In this document: positions 42,826 through 56,719 of the stretch, in pieces
Layout: each line of letters starts with the position of its first letter
How positions within the stretch are numbered: the first letter of the stretch is position 1
Assembly (NCBI GenBank): GCA_951406725.2
Contig: OX597828.1
Location: 22,816,001-22,880,000, forward strand
Direction of reading: 5' to 3'
Length of the DNA: 64,000 nt
DNA from: Octopus vulgaris
Lineage: Eukaryota
Translations under genes and position numbers: made by a program
The notes under the pieces: generated by a model
What the model saw: only the letters and a program-made list of their open reading frames with translations
Databases searched by the model: none
Told to the model about the DNA's origin: nothing

Positions 42826-43313
42826 CTAGCTGAAGGTGACCCGCTCTACGCTCGTTAGTGTGTTCTGTTTGTATTTGCTCGATCAGCGCGTTGACAGGCA
42901 GACAATAGAATGCGATAGTGAGATTCATAATATTTGTTGTCATGATTGTGTGTTGGTGGTGGCGATGGTAATTCTCTCTATGAATGCAGACAGATACATA
43001 AAAGAAGGCCTTTGAGGAAGTGAAAGTAATGGGAATGTATGAAATAGAGTGAGTGAAAAAGTGCTGGGAAGAGAGGAAATAGGGAGAGTGAGTTGAGGAA
43101 GACAGATACATTAAAGAACGAGAGTGGACTTGTCAAAGTGGGGCTTTGGCCCTAGCACGGACAAGTTTTAAGATAGGGATTTCTAAGGTAGCCCACGGGC
43201 ATCGTCACCTCATTTTACATGTCCCTGTAAATTTTGGAGTGAATCGGACGGGATGTAGTGGCTTTGAAAGCGATTCAAGCGGTAAAAACGCATTTCAGTT
43301 TTATGTATAGAGA
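42826..43313 (-). mobile_element. Non-autonomous Helitron-like element
   Basis: Minus strand starts A|TC (tctctatacataaaactg) and ends CTAG|T with a GC-rich imperfect subterminal hairpin (cgagcgtagagcggg). Confidence 0.65.
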
Positions 43314-43334
43314 TATGTATATACATCTTTATAG

Positions 43335-43426
<92 letters not shown>

Positions 43427-44116
43427 TAGATAGATAGATAAATAGAACATCAGACAAATGAATAGATGCAAAAACATACATGCATATATACATGCATATT
43501 TTCCTACCTACATACATGCATGAATACATACATACATACATACATACATACATACATACATACATACATACATACATACAATCATGCATGCAAACATATT
43601 TACATTGCACTGGGGAGTTTCTGGGCTTCACTGTCTCCGGGCGTGTGTAAAATTGGTGAAAGTAATCATCGGGTTTGTTCTCATCGATTCTCAAAATACT
43701 TACATGGTCTCGTGCTATCGTTTAAACAATGCATCGATCACTACAGGTAAATTGGAAAATTGGAAAATCACTAGCGATATTATCACTGCTGATAACATCA
43801 AAGCGACGACATTATAATAGAATGTTGTTTTTCATACGTCAATAATATCATCGTCACCAATAACAATCTAACTCACGCAAATATAATCAATACGCACGAT
43901 CATTCATTCGATTTCGTTACTTGATTTTATTACGTTTATTTTTTTTTACTTTATGTTTTTATTTCTTTTTTTTTATTTATCTATTTTGTTCGCTTTGCTT
44001 CAGTGTCTTCTCTAATCGTACATCGCCATCAATAGATGATTAACGCTATTGACTTCATTTTATTTCAAACGTAGCACTGCGTCATGCCATGCTATATAGG
44101 AGGCACGTTAATATAA

Positions 44117-44171
<55 letters not shown>

Positions 44172-44188
44172 ATATGTATGTATATATG

Positions 44189-44248
<60 letters not shown>

Positions 44249-44719
44249 GATACATAAATAAATTTATAAAAGTGTACATATACATGTATAGAATAACACA
44301 GGCAATATATATATACTTACACACAAACACGCACGCAGACACACACACATAGATACATAGGTATATAAGTATGTATATATAAGCATATGCACTCTAACCA
44401 CTAAGCACGATGGCAATGTCCCGGGTTCCATTCCATGACAGTGGAGTACTTTCTCTTTCTCTCTCAATGGCCTGCGATCATCTCGGCTTCGGATATATGG
44501 GACATCTTTACAACTCGCGAAACTGTCTTTCTTGGACACTTGAGAGGCTATCATCATCATCATCATCTTCATCTTTATTATTATTATTATTATTATCATT
44601 ATTATTATTATTATTATTATTATTTTATTATCATCATCATCATCATCATCATCAACAACATCATCATATTCATCATTTCCATCCATCCCCTTTATTATCA
44701 TTTTATCATTATTATTATC

Positions 44720-44835
<116 letters not shown>

Positions 44836-44858
44836 CATTATTATTATCATTATTATCA

Positions 44859-44892
<34 letters not shown>

Positions 44893-45142
44893 CGTTATTA
44901 TTATGTTCGTTGTTGGTGTTGTTATTTGTGTAAGTGCATGTATATACCTGCTTTTATGAGTTTTTGAGTACAGGAAAAATAACACTGTTATTTGTATACA
45001 TTGCTCCTGCTGATTGCAGTGGTTGTATGTTACGTCAGTACCTCTCTTGATACAGAAAAACATTTTCGTAAAATCTACTTCCAAGTCTATGTATCAAACT
45101 ACCTATCTAACTATCTGTCTATTTACTTATTTATCTATCTAC

Positions 45143-45190
<48 letters not shown>

Positions 45191-45204
45191 TTATTTAAGT
45201 AAAT

Positions 45205-45906
45205 CAGACTTTTAATCAAAGTAGTTGCTCCCAGGTTCTAACTGGTTCCAGTAACTGGTGCAATTGTTCCTTAATCTATCCCTGAGAAAAACTCCTAGAA
45301 ACTTGGCCACTAGCACGGCAGTGGTGTTGCAGACGACCTTGGTGACTTTCTCACCAGCACTCGACACGTAGTAATCTATGGGTTGATAATCGAGGTTATT
45401 AGGAGGCAAGAAATTCGAGCTGATTAATTCACATAAATTCTCAGACAACTACTTATGAATCTTTTCAGAGATTTGGCAAAGCGGCGAATCCTGTTGCCAC
45501 AGCAAAATTACTCTAGCTACGGTTTTATCACGGCCTCCAGTAAATTGATCTTAAGGCCTTGTTCAAAATTTCGGGAAAAGTATGACCAAATACTCACTAG
45601 ATATATACCCGAAAGGCCTCTATATTTTGGGGTAGACTTTATTAAGAATGACCATATTATGTCTTACAGTTCACAGAGCATTGAGCAGTAGTCATGATCA
45701 CGGCATTTTGACATGAGATGCAACACATAATGATAAAAGTAAATATTTTCCAGTATTCAAATAACTTCCAGTACTTCACGTCCCCTAACTCTTTCTGAGC
45801 TATAACTATAACGTCCAGGAATTCCAACGTTGTAGGCAGTTCACAGACACATCAAAGTGTACGTGAAAGAAGACACAAAATCATCAACTTTTCCCCGAAC
45901 ACACTG
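45205..45906 (-). mobile_element. Tc1/mariner (possibly DD37D/maT) remnant
   Basis: FLPPNNLDYQPIDYYV resembles WPPNSPDLNPLDYYVW; terminal TA|cagtgtgttcggggaaaag. Confidence 0.7.
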
Positions 45907-45984
45907 TATATATATATATATATATATATATACCTGTATATGTATATATAAATATATACAGTTCAGACACTCCTGTCACAACCT

Positions 45985-46027
45985 GGGACCTTGAAGATTG
46001 CTTAATGCAAGAAAGTATACTAGTTCC
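45985..46027 (+). ncRNA. Minimal type I hammerhead ribozyme-like motif, U3 variant
   Basis: gggac-c-TTGAAGA-ttgc-ttaat-gcaa-GAAA-gtatac-TA-gttcc; perfect stem II, palindromic stem III, stem I pairing. Confidence 0.55.
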
Positions 46028-46230
46028 GTTATGTTTGATATTCAATATTTCATCTATTCAATAAGACAATCAATACCGCATTTCATTTTACTACATATAC
46101 TATTTATACTATATATTCTATATTCTACATTAATATTATAAATAATATAAATAAAACATAAAAAACAGAGTTGGAATTTCTTTGAATAATATATATCCCT
46201 CTATACACAATCATACAAACCCCTTTTTAT

Positions 46231-46289
<59 letters not shown>

Positions 46290-46304
46290 CATATTCCATT
46301 ATAG

Positions 46305-46890
46305 AATTCAAATGGTGATGTCATCATTTGGTTCAACTCCCTTGTAGAGAAGCAGAAGATACGATTTCTCTAATTTGACATCTCTAACTATTGGAACTCA
46401 ATTTCGCCAATTCTGTTGAATAAGGCTCTCATTTTTGCCAGTAAATTTGTCGAAATTCCTGGCACTCGTTTCAAATGTACGTGGCAATAATATGGTTATT
46501 AATCCAAGGGATAATGATGGATTTTTGCACTCTTCACTGCCTTCAGGCGTTGATTATTCAGCGCTTAGGAATATTTCTGTAGGAGAGAATGTGGACCATA
46601 TTAAGTAAGCAAGAACTGTTGGGACCCCGAAATTTAGTTGTAATTTCAGAACTCCAAATTTATGTCTTGATAAGGGGTTCTGATTAAGAAAAACGTAGTC
46701 TATAAATGTATTGTTAGAGGGGAGAATAATTTCGTTAGGGAATATATTGGGATCACTATTGATTTTAAAAGGAGATATAGAGCCCAAATGATCTCATTTT
46801 AGAATACCAAATACACGAAGGTATTGTACGTTAACGATGTGAAGCAGCATCCATTGAAACGATCGTAGAGATGAGCTTCAATGGACTCTG
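46305..46890 (+). mobile_element. Internally deleted Penelope-like element (RT fragment plus GIY-YIG fragment)
   Basis: VIIWFNSL...FDI...LLNKALIFASKFVEI; CNFRTPNLCLDKGF*L..NVVYKCIV...EYIGITIDFKRRY. Confidence 0.8.
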
Positions 46891-47337
46891 TTCTGGTTAC
46901 CTTACACTTATCTATATTTATATTCTTGTATTTTCATATATTTATATTTATATTATTTTAGCTCCATTGTCTTAAATGTTTAATCGCCTTTATTAGGCAT
47001 TAATTTATTCCATATATTTTTCTTCATTCGACTTCACCCGTATTACCCATTTTAGGCGTTATCACCTTTCATTCGTGTATACGTGTATATTTTATACTGT
47101 TAGATTTTACCATTGGATATCCTATTGTTTTAGTATATATTTATATTCGATTTTGCTTAATTTGGGAATTATATAAAGTTGTTTTGACCGATTGGAGTAT
47201 TTATTCTTTATACCTTTCAATTTTGCCTTTCGCCTCGGTGTCACCGGAGCACTTCCAGCTGCAGTCCTATATTTATTTTTGTTCTTCCGTTTAACGAAGT
47301 TGCAAAATTATCTTCTAATAATAATAATAACAATAGC

Positions 47338-47383
<46 letters not shown>

Positions 47384-47442
47384 TTAATAATAATAATGAT
47401 ATATACATATATATATATACATATACATACATACATACATAC

Positions 47443-47475
<33 letters not shown>

Positions 47476-47609
47476 TATACATATACATATGCATATATAT
47501 ATATACATTTAAAAAATGATGGAGATAAATTGAATATTAATTTAATTAATATCAATTTAAAACCAGTAGCCTAGCGTATAAAACATCTGAAAAATCAGAA
47601 AAAATAGAC

Positions 47610-47681
<72 letters not shown>

Positions 47682-48658
47682 TTTCGTCTTCGTGTTATAC
47701 GGCTAAAATCCTCAGCTTATGTAGTACTAGGAAGAGAGCGTTGAAACAACATTAATAGACATGGTTATTCGAGGGCTGCAATAGAAGATGTCTGCTAGGC
47801 GATTATATGCTGTCATTGAGAAGACAGCAGCAACAAGAATAAAAAAATATACAAAAATTAAAATAAAATAAAATAGCATAAAATACATCCAGTATGATCA
47901 CATCTACGATGACCGTAGCGGACTAAAGGCTAAATAAAGTAATAAAACATTTAGCGAATATTTATTAGAAATAAAATATATAAAATACAAATATATATAT
48001 ATATATACCAACGAATTAAGGGAGGGGAAATTTCATAGACTGAATTATCGATTTCTGCAGATTTGCCGGACTAAATGTAAATTGAATTGATGCGATTAGT
48101 GAATGTATCAGATTTTCTTTAATGAAAATAAATGTATTTCGTATTTTCTGTTTGTTACGTGAAATACAGTAAACACCTAGCGGTCATTTTGTGTGACAAA
48201 TGGACGCCATATTTTATGGTTTTGTTTTCTGTATATATTGATGCTCTTTTTTTATTATTTTTATTTCTTTTTATTATGGGCAATGATTTATATGACTTTT
48301 TTTGTTGTCTGGTTATAGGTTATTTTTATGTGTATGTGTTGAACGATTTGTGCTTTTTTTTGGTGTGTGTGTGTTTTTGCTTTCTTTTTTGTTCGACTTT
48401 CGTGAAAAGGAGAGCCGAAAGAAATAATTACGAAACTATAGGAGGGGATAAGATGGAAGAAGTATATTTGAAAGAATAGAAAGACAAATAAGAAGAAAGA
48501 AATGTCATGTAATTGCTACAAAATGTTGCATTAATGATAGCATTAAAAAATGGAAAGACTAGTAGTATATGCGTGCATATACATAGCATAGCTACATAAT
48601 ATATACATAGTCATACATATATATGTATATGTATATCTGTATATATATATATATATAC

Positions 48659-48722
<64 letters not shown>

Positions 48723-48899
48723 CCAGAAAACGACTACAAAAAGAAACATGGCAACCCGTAACGAAACATTGCGAAAAAAAATCCTATGTAGTTAAGAGAT
48801 ACAAATAAACTTTGCACAACATTAAAATAATTAGATAAGCAGAAAACCAGAAAATCGTAGCAGGAAAGAAGTATAGAATTAAATCGATTAAAGTACTTA

Positions 48900-49305
48900 A
48901 TTAATTTTATATGCCAAATTATGGCATTGAAACCTACACCAATACCAGAACGGGTCGACCCGTCACAGTGCTAAATATCCCAACAATGCAATCGCGCTTC
49001 AGGATCAGTTGCTGCAACAACTTGGGTTTCAGGAGCCCACAACTTGTTGCAATTCTCTTAAAGAGCCTGAAGGACCTACACAAAATTGATGTAGGTGTTT
49101 TCATATAAAAAAAACTGGACCTTTTCCTGTCAAGAGTCCCAGATGAACCTACCTCGCAGCAAGAGGTGCAAATGTGGGTAGCGACATGAAACTCCCTTAT
49201 TCACCAAAAGCTACATATTAGAGGAGGCTCTTAATTATAAGAGTGTGTCAAAAGGGTTGTGCCCCAGCATGGCCGCAGTTCTGAGCTGAAACTACAAAAA
49301 AGAAC
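48900..49305 (+). mobile_element. CR1-like LINE 3' end
   Basis: PNYGIETYTNTRTGR...LGFRSPQL...KKLDLFLSRVPDEPT...NSLIHQ then gccccagcatggccgcagttctgagctgaaac tail. Confidence 0.75.
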
Positions 49306-49684
49306 AACCAAAACAGAAACATGATACCAACATGGCAATGATGAATAGCAAGGCTGGTCTCGATGGCATATTAACTTAATACATGAAGTACAGTAACGAA
49401 ATAGCTGAGAGAAATTTCTCACACACTGCATAATTTTCTGCCAATTAAGCGTATTTACTATAATGATACATTTTTTTTTTCAAATATAGGCCCAATGCGT
49501 CACATTTGGTGAAGGAGACTCATCATTGAATCTACACCAGTTCTTCGTACACACAATAATTTATCCTCCTCGGTACTTGAATGCTAACTAATTTTATAGT
49601 CAACACAAGGATGAATAGCCAGGTTGTGGACTGCGATATTTGCAATCAGAAGTGAACCTGTTATAATAACAACAACAACAACAC

Positions 49685-49754
<70 letters not shown>

Positions 49755-49812
49755 TTGCGGGGAAGGGACTAGTCGACTATTTCATTTATCGACCCCCCCA
49801 CCGAAAAGATGA

Positions 49813-49853
<41 letters not shown>

Positions 49854-49899
49854 AGGCGGAGGAGGATTTTGAATAGTATAGGTACGTGTTTTGTAATTT

Positions 49900-50065
49900 A
49901 TGTCTGACCGGTGGCTAGTAGATTTCATCAACCCCAGTGCTGGTACTTATTTTATCAACCCGAAATAACAAATGGCAAAGTTGATGTCGATAGCACTGGA
50001 ATCTACCAAGTAAACTCGGACAAATTTTGCTTCGTATTTTCTCCGATGCGCCACCGATTCTAGAC
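49900..50065 (-). mobile_element. Decayed SINE family B
   Basis: accccagtgctggtacttattttatcaacccgaa...ggcaaagttga. Confidence 0.7.
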
Positions 50066-50539
50066 AAATAAAAACAGCTATACGTAAAAAAAAAGCCTAT
50101 TTACAGAGAATGATAAATGTATGAGGTGTAGATTTCCAGTAACAGAAATAAACTGTTATTCGAGACACAGAAAAGTGAAGACAGATAATGGTGTATAAAT
50201 CATATATTCTTATTCACGTGAGGGGCGCTATAAGATGTATAATGTATTTGACAACAAAATTGAGATTTTTCAGTAAGGACAAATAATGACAAAATCTATT
50301 GCAATCAACAAGTCGAGAAGAAAGCTCGAAATTATTTCACGTTTGTGTGTATGTACGTGAGCGTGCATGTATGTGTGTGCGCACGGGTGGACAATAACGA
50401 ATTGATTTCCCCTACGCTTCCTTGTATAATATTACAATTGTTTCTACGTCAATTAACCAGTGGATACTTTACTCAACATTTAAATAAATAATAAAGGAAT
50501 GCATCATGTTGTTATCAATTATTATTATTATTATTATTA

Positions 50540-50636
<97 letters not shown>

Positions 50637-50645
50637 TATTATTAC

Positions 50646-50684
<39 letters not shown>

Positions 50685-50839
50685 GCTTTTTCCTTCTTTC
50701 TTCAAATTTTCTTCCGTTTCTCGCTGGGTGTTTTCCATAAACCTAGAGCAGAGAAGCTCATTGTATGCATTCCCAGATTACACACACAAATTCACAGATA
50801 AAATATGTATTTAAACATTTTTAAATAAATAAATTCATG

Positions 50840-51331
50840 GATGGATGTTATTTTCACGGCGATAATGCTCTTCTCAGTACATGAGCCGTTCCAGTTAATA
50901 CGATTTTTTGCACTTCCTGTAGGGATGGTAGACCTGGATCATTTTCAAATAGGTTTCAGTACCTTTTTTTATGTTTCCTAGAGATCCTACAATCACTGGT
51001 ACTGTAGTCGCCTTGAAATGCCACATTTTTTCAATTTCTATTAGCAGGTCTTTATATTTACTAATCTTGTCAAATTCTTTCGCCGCTATATTGTGATCGC
51101 AAGGGATACCCATGTCAATTAATGAACACTTCTTTTTTGTCTGATCTCTTTTAATAATATCCGGTTTATTTAGCTTTTATAGTCTTGTCGGTCTGTACGG
51201 CGAAGTCCCATAGAATCGACACACTTTCTCCCTCAGTCACGGCTTCAGGATGGTGTTTATACCATTTGTCAGCGGCTTTGATTTTATAATACCGACATAT
51301 TGTCCAATGTAAATACTGGCCGACTCTGTCA

Positions 51332-51333
<2 letters not shown>
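50840..51333 (-). mobile_element. Dong/R4-clade 3' fragment (RLE endonuclease), 5' end abutting (TAA)n
   Basis: HDRVGQYLHW...ILWDFAVQTDK...KPDII...LIDMGIPCD...KISKYKDLLIEIEKMW...VPVIVGSLG...GTAHVLRRAL. Confidence 0.9.
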
Positions 51334-51413
<80 letters not shown>

Positions 51414-51424
51414 TTATATTATAA

Positions 51425-51580
51425 ATGCAGCGCGCTGGCAGAATCGTAAGCACCCTGGACGAAGTGCTTATCGGTACGCGTGTATGTGGACTGCTCAACC
51501 ACTTGCACATTAATTTCATGAGTAGGCTGTGCCTTTGATCAGATCAACAGGAACCCTCGTCGACGTAAACGACAGTGCCA
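51425..51580 (+). mobile_element. Chimeric SINE (family B head plus family C tail)
   Basis: gctggcagaatcgtaagcac...gcttatcGGTA then cgcgtgtatgtgga...ggaaccctcgtcg. Confidence 0.75.
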
Positions 51581-51583
51581 CGT

Positions 51584-51677
51584 TATCTATCTACCTATCT
51601 ATCTTTTCATCCATCCATCTATCTATCCGTCTATCTATCTATCCATCCATCGATCTATCTATCCATCTATCTATCCG

Positions 51678-51751
<74 letters not shown>

Positions 51752-51793
51752 CATCCATCGATCTATCTATCCATCTACCTGTCCCTCTATCTG

Positions 51794-51858
<65 letters not shown>

Positions 51859-51862
51859 ATCT
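51584..51862. repeat. (TATC)n/(CATC)n tract
   Basis: Seen directly. Confidence 0.95.
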
Positions 51863-52596
51863 AGTATAATGCAACAAACAGTAATATGCTTTTGCTATTT
51901 TCACTTTGTTTTTCATTTGGTTTTTGCTGAGTCTGTTGTTTTGATATCATTTGAAAATCCCAAGTCAACAACTGAAAATCTCTATATTGATCTGAGACAT
52001 TCTAATCGTACGCAGCCAGTCAGTTTTATAATGCGCAAATCTATGTTATGAAGGATGGCCTTTATTTGTATTTCTAAAGATAGCTGGATATAAACTGTTG
52101 GAGGCTTAGCTTCAATATTTCGTTGAAGACAGCGGAGTGAGAGAAAAGCCTCCACCCTTAAAATATGGAGCGCTCGATGCCTTATATTCGAAAAGTTTGT
52201 TGCTACGTTATTTTATAAACCTCAGAATGTTGACTGACAAGCCAAAACTGATTTAACTAGAAATAAATATGTATTATTTCTTATATTAAATATGTAATTC
52301 TTGTTAAATCAGGCTACGCATTCAAATGTACTGGATGTTATGCGGCAATCAGATAATCAGGCAATATCTTTCTATGAAGAAACTCTATGAATAACAATAT
52401 AAGAAGAAAATGATTTTAAAAGCATAAACATATGACGCCTATCGTTAATAATTCAGGGTATCGTAAATATGCTCTTATGTGAAGACTACAAAATGGAAAG
52501 CTTAGATTGAGGATTCTTTTACGCTTGAAAAATTTTATTGCCTAGTAAACAAATAGAATAACCGGAGGCTATTTTAGCTTTATTATATTTGAAATC

Positions 52597-52684
<88 letters not shown>

Positions 52685-53178
52685 AAAATGTAGAAACAAT
52701 TTAGTCTGTCCATCAGCTTTCGGATAACATACATATATATATATATATATATAGACTCAAACGTAAAGCCACTTGTACGTCCTTATCTAAGTTTGAAAAC
52801 TGAAGGAAAACGGGATCGATTTTTGCCTTAAATGGGATATAAAAAGGAAAGCGCAGCCTTGTAGAGATAGTCGTTACGAGTGCGAGCTGTTTCTATGGCA
52901 ACTTATGAGATTTTTAAGTAAAGGGACATGAACAAAGTGATTGATAATAGTATGATGCGTGTATAGCGCCACCCGTACTTTTAAGTATTTTCCAAACTAA
53001 CGATTATAGGTACCATACTTAAACTTCGGCAGTGGAAATTAATTTTGGTGTCGTATCCCTTATAAAATTACCCTCTAGCTTTAAATATAATTAAATTATG
53101 GGATATTATGTTATATAGTGAATTAAATTGCATTGCATATGTTATGATAGGTAAATACATTCATCTCTGATTTTGATT

Positions 53179-53237
<59 letters not shown>

Positions 53238-53649
53238 CACACACACACACATATATATAGTGTAATATATGGAGTCACAGAATCACGTAGTTATCAGAGA
53301 AATCTCCTCCAACGGACCAGGCGAGCAAACCACATAGTAATCCAACGCGAAGGAGTGTAATGGAGGGGGTTATGCAGGAGAAAATCCAAGAGATCCGACC
53401 GATGAAATTATTTGATGTTAAGTATATAAATCATAACAATCAGGTGGTATCAGAGGTGAATGTATTTATCTAACCCCTTATTATCCTTAAGGATGTCTGT
53501 GTGTTTGTGTATATGTGTGTATAAACACACACGTACACTCACCTAGATATAGATAGCTTTAGATATCTTCATATATTCAGAAACATATATATATAGTAGA
53601 TTTCATCAACCCCAGTGCTGGTACTTATTTTATATATATATAGATAGAT

Positions 53650-53820
53650 AGATAGATCTCCTTGTTTCTCTCCTTGTTTTTTTTCTGTGTATCGTTCTGT
53701 AGAAGAGCGTAGGCTCGAAACGTAAAATAGTTTTTCTATTCCTGAGCGCTATACTAATACATTTGTTTGTTTGTACACCACCTGCCTTCGTCTTTTGTTT
53801 ATTTTCGTAAACTTTCCCTT
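53650..53820 (+). mobile_element. Non-coding repeat homologous to 10285-10470, probable Penelope-like pseudo-LTR
   Basis: ctgtAGAAGAgcgtaggctcGAAAcgTA; cttcgtcttttgttt; flanked by microsatellites. Confidence 0.55.
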
Positions 53821-53822
53821 TA

Positions 53823-53853
<31 letters not shown>

Positions 53854-54761
53854 GAATAAGCATATGTTTTTGTGTATGTATATTCGAATGTGAAGTAATA
53901 CACCTGAACATCACGGAGAGTAATCCATTAAAACGGGATGATTAGTCTCCAAGAGCTCTCCATGGATGTTGATAATTTAGTCTGCGGGTATACCCAATGT
54001 CTATTCAATTAACGGAACATACGAATCCCATATTTATCCATATACAGCGTGTATCCTTATATTTCCATTTAATTATACATCGTCACCGTAAATGATAATA
54101 CACGGCTAACAATGAATATTTTTTCTGCATACTGATGTGAGATATTAAAGTGTTAAACATTTTGCTATTTTACTGATTTAAAGTCATAGAGTGCAGACAT
54201 TAGGTCGTCTTATAGAAAATTTAATTAGTTTAATTAATATAATTATTAGGTAATCAACGTAATCTTCATTTAGAAGATGTATCAGAAGTCATTAAACTCA
54301 AATATAAATATGTGCATGAATAATAAACGTGAAATAATTTAGATCTCAAAATAGCAACGAAACGTACTTTAAAATATCCATATTTAACGTGGAAGGACGA
54401 ATTAGATAATGTCACTTTAAGAGTAATACTACTGTGTAGAAGGCTGGGGCTTTTACAAGCGTTTGATTACAGGTAGAGTGGATAAGGTGAGACTTGGTGA
54501 TCAAACGAAAACGACTTCGTTATTTTGTATCAGAAGTAGCAACAGATCGCCCGCGATATTTACTGAAGCTGCTAGAAGTAGTAGTGGCATGTCTCTCAGT
54601 TAGCGTCGTCGCCTTCATCGGGATCGTCACAATCATCAATATCAACGGCATCTTTAAAGTTGTTGACTTCGCCATCCTCACCACTGTCTCAGTCATCTCC
54701 GTAGTTGTCGTCATCATCGTCATCAGTAATACTTACAAGTTTGTACTCCTGGTCGTGGTCA

Positions 54762-54960
54762 GGCCGGTGGAGCTGGGCAAAACGCTTACCGGCGTTTCGG
54801 CTACGTCCACGTTCTCAGTTCACATGGCGCCTAGGTTCGACTTAGCATTTCATCCTTTCGGGTTGATAGATTAAGTACCAGTTGAGTACTGGGGTCGATG
54901 CAAGCGACTTAATATTTAACCCAAAACATTCTGGCCTTGTACCAAAATGTGAAACCAATA
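54762..54960 (+). mobile_element. SINE family B, decayed
   Basis: tttcatcctttcgggttgatagattaagtaccagttgagtactggggtcgatg. Confidence 0.85.
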
Positions 54961-55804
54961 TTGGTCCATGAGTGGTCTTTATCATCATCCTTAAAACATC
55001 GCCATCATCATCATCACCATTTCTTTAACGTGTGTTATCACTATGAACAGCAGCGATACCAACATCAACCACATTAGAAAATACTGTTGTGACAGACCGG
55101 ATAAACAACTGTGATATATATTAGAAAATAGCATTAAAATCAACGATATTCTTAAACGTCAAGACACACCTCATCCATCCCCGCAAGGCACATATTTTAT
55201 CTGAAGTTTACAAATGATGTTAGTGATTATAATAGTTAATTAACGATACAAATTGATAACAAACAAAGAACAGTTTGATCAAGAGAAGTGAAAGTATGAA
55301 GGACCAATATAAAAATACAATATAAATTTCGTAATAAAGGAGACTATATAAAAAAATGTACAATAATATTTAGTATACTTCACTCTGCAAGTTCAATATA
55401 ATTTATCATATTTATTCCATCAAGAACTTAAATTAGAAATTAATTTGATTAATTTTCAAATTATAATTTATTTCATTAATTCAAAGTTGTTTTATTTTCT
55501 TCTCGGCTAATTTTTTAAAAACTTTTATCCGATATATTTATTTCTTAATTTTCTTTGTAATTCAGTATCTTTTCCTTTTCTTTTCTTTTCTTTTCTTTAT
55601 GTTTTGATATTTCGTTTAAATTATATTTTTGATTGCATCTTGACATACGTGTTGAAGCTATTGTGTGAACGCGATTATGGTAATTGTTGTTGTTGTTGTT
55701 CGCTGAGAGGTACTTCGGAAGACAACATTTATTTCGCCAGGTCAATGATGCGCTAAATTGATGAAATGAAATCCGAAAAAACAAAAGCATACATACATAC
55801 ACAC

Positions 55805-55852
<48 letters not shown>

Positions 55853-55948
55853 ACACACACAAACACAGAGTTTAAGATTTATACATAGGCACGCTCACTT
55901 TGTATATATATATATATATATATATACATGCATTTATGTATTTGTATG

Positions 55949-55994
<46 letters not shown>

Positions 55995-56468
55995 GAGAGG
56001 GAGAGTAATACACACGCCCGCGCACTCACACACACATAAAATAACACACACACACACATATATACATATATACTTACATATTAGTGTGTTTGTGCGTATG
56101 TTCGTGTGTGGTTATATACAAATAATCCTACATTTATATATTCGTAATGATCAAAGTGTAGACGCGTATTGAGTCCTTTACCGAGTTAATGCATGTTCTT
56201 TTTGCCTGAAAATACATAATAAAGACTTACACTTGGAAAGGAAATATACAATGCTTATGGAATTACTGGTGATTTCAGGCGAGTTCGTTCTGTGAGCAAA
56301 TTAATTTCAAACGGAATCAAATAATGAGAAGGTTCTGTGGACTGTAACATTGAAAATTAGCATTTGAACAGGGTTTCTCGAACAGAGCACTTTAGGACGA
56401 TCAGGGGAATTGGATCCATGCTAGAGCGCTATGCGAAAAAACACAGCTTACGTTATATTGTTAAGGTG

Positions 56469-56675
56469 AGGCGACGAGCTGGCAGAAACGTTAGCACGCT
56501 AAGCGAAATGCTTAGCGTTGTTTCGTCTGTCCTTATGTTCTGAGTTCAAATTCCGCCGAGGTCGACTTTGCCTTTCATCCTTTCGGGATCGATAAATTAA
56601 CTAACAGTCACGTACTGGGGTCGATCTGATCGACTGGTTCCCTCCCCCAAAATTTCGGGCCTTGTGTGTAGAGTA
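56469..56675 (+). mobile_element. SINE family B, near full-length
   Basis: Highly similar to 26728-26948. Confidence 0.92.
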
Positions 56676-56719
56676 AATCTGTTTATTTCCTAAGGTTATC
56701 TCTACAGATATTCTATGGA

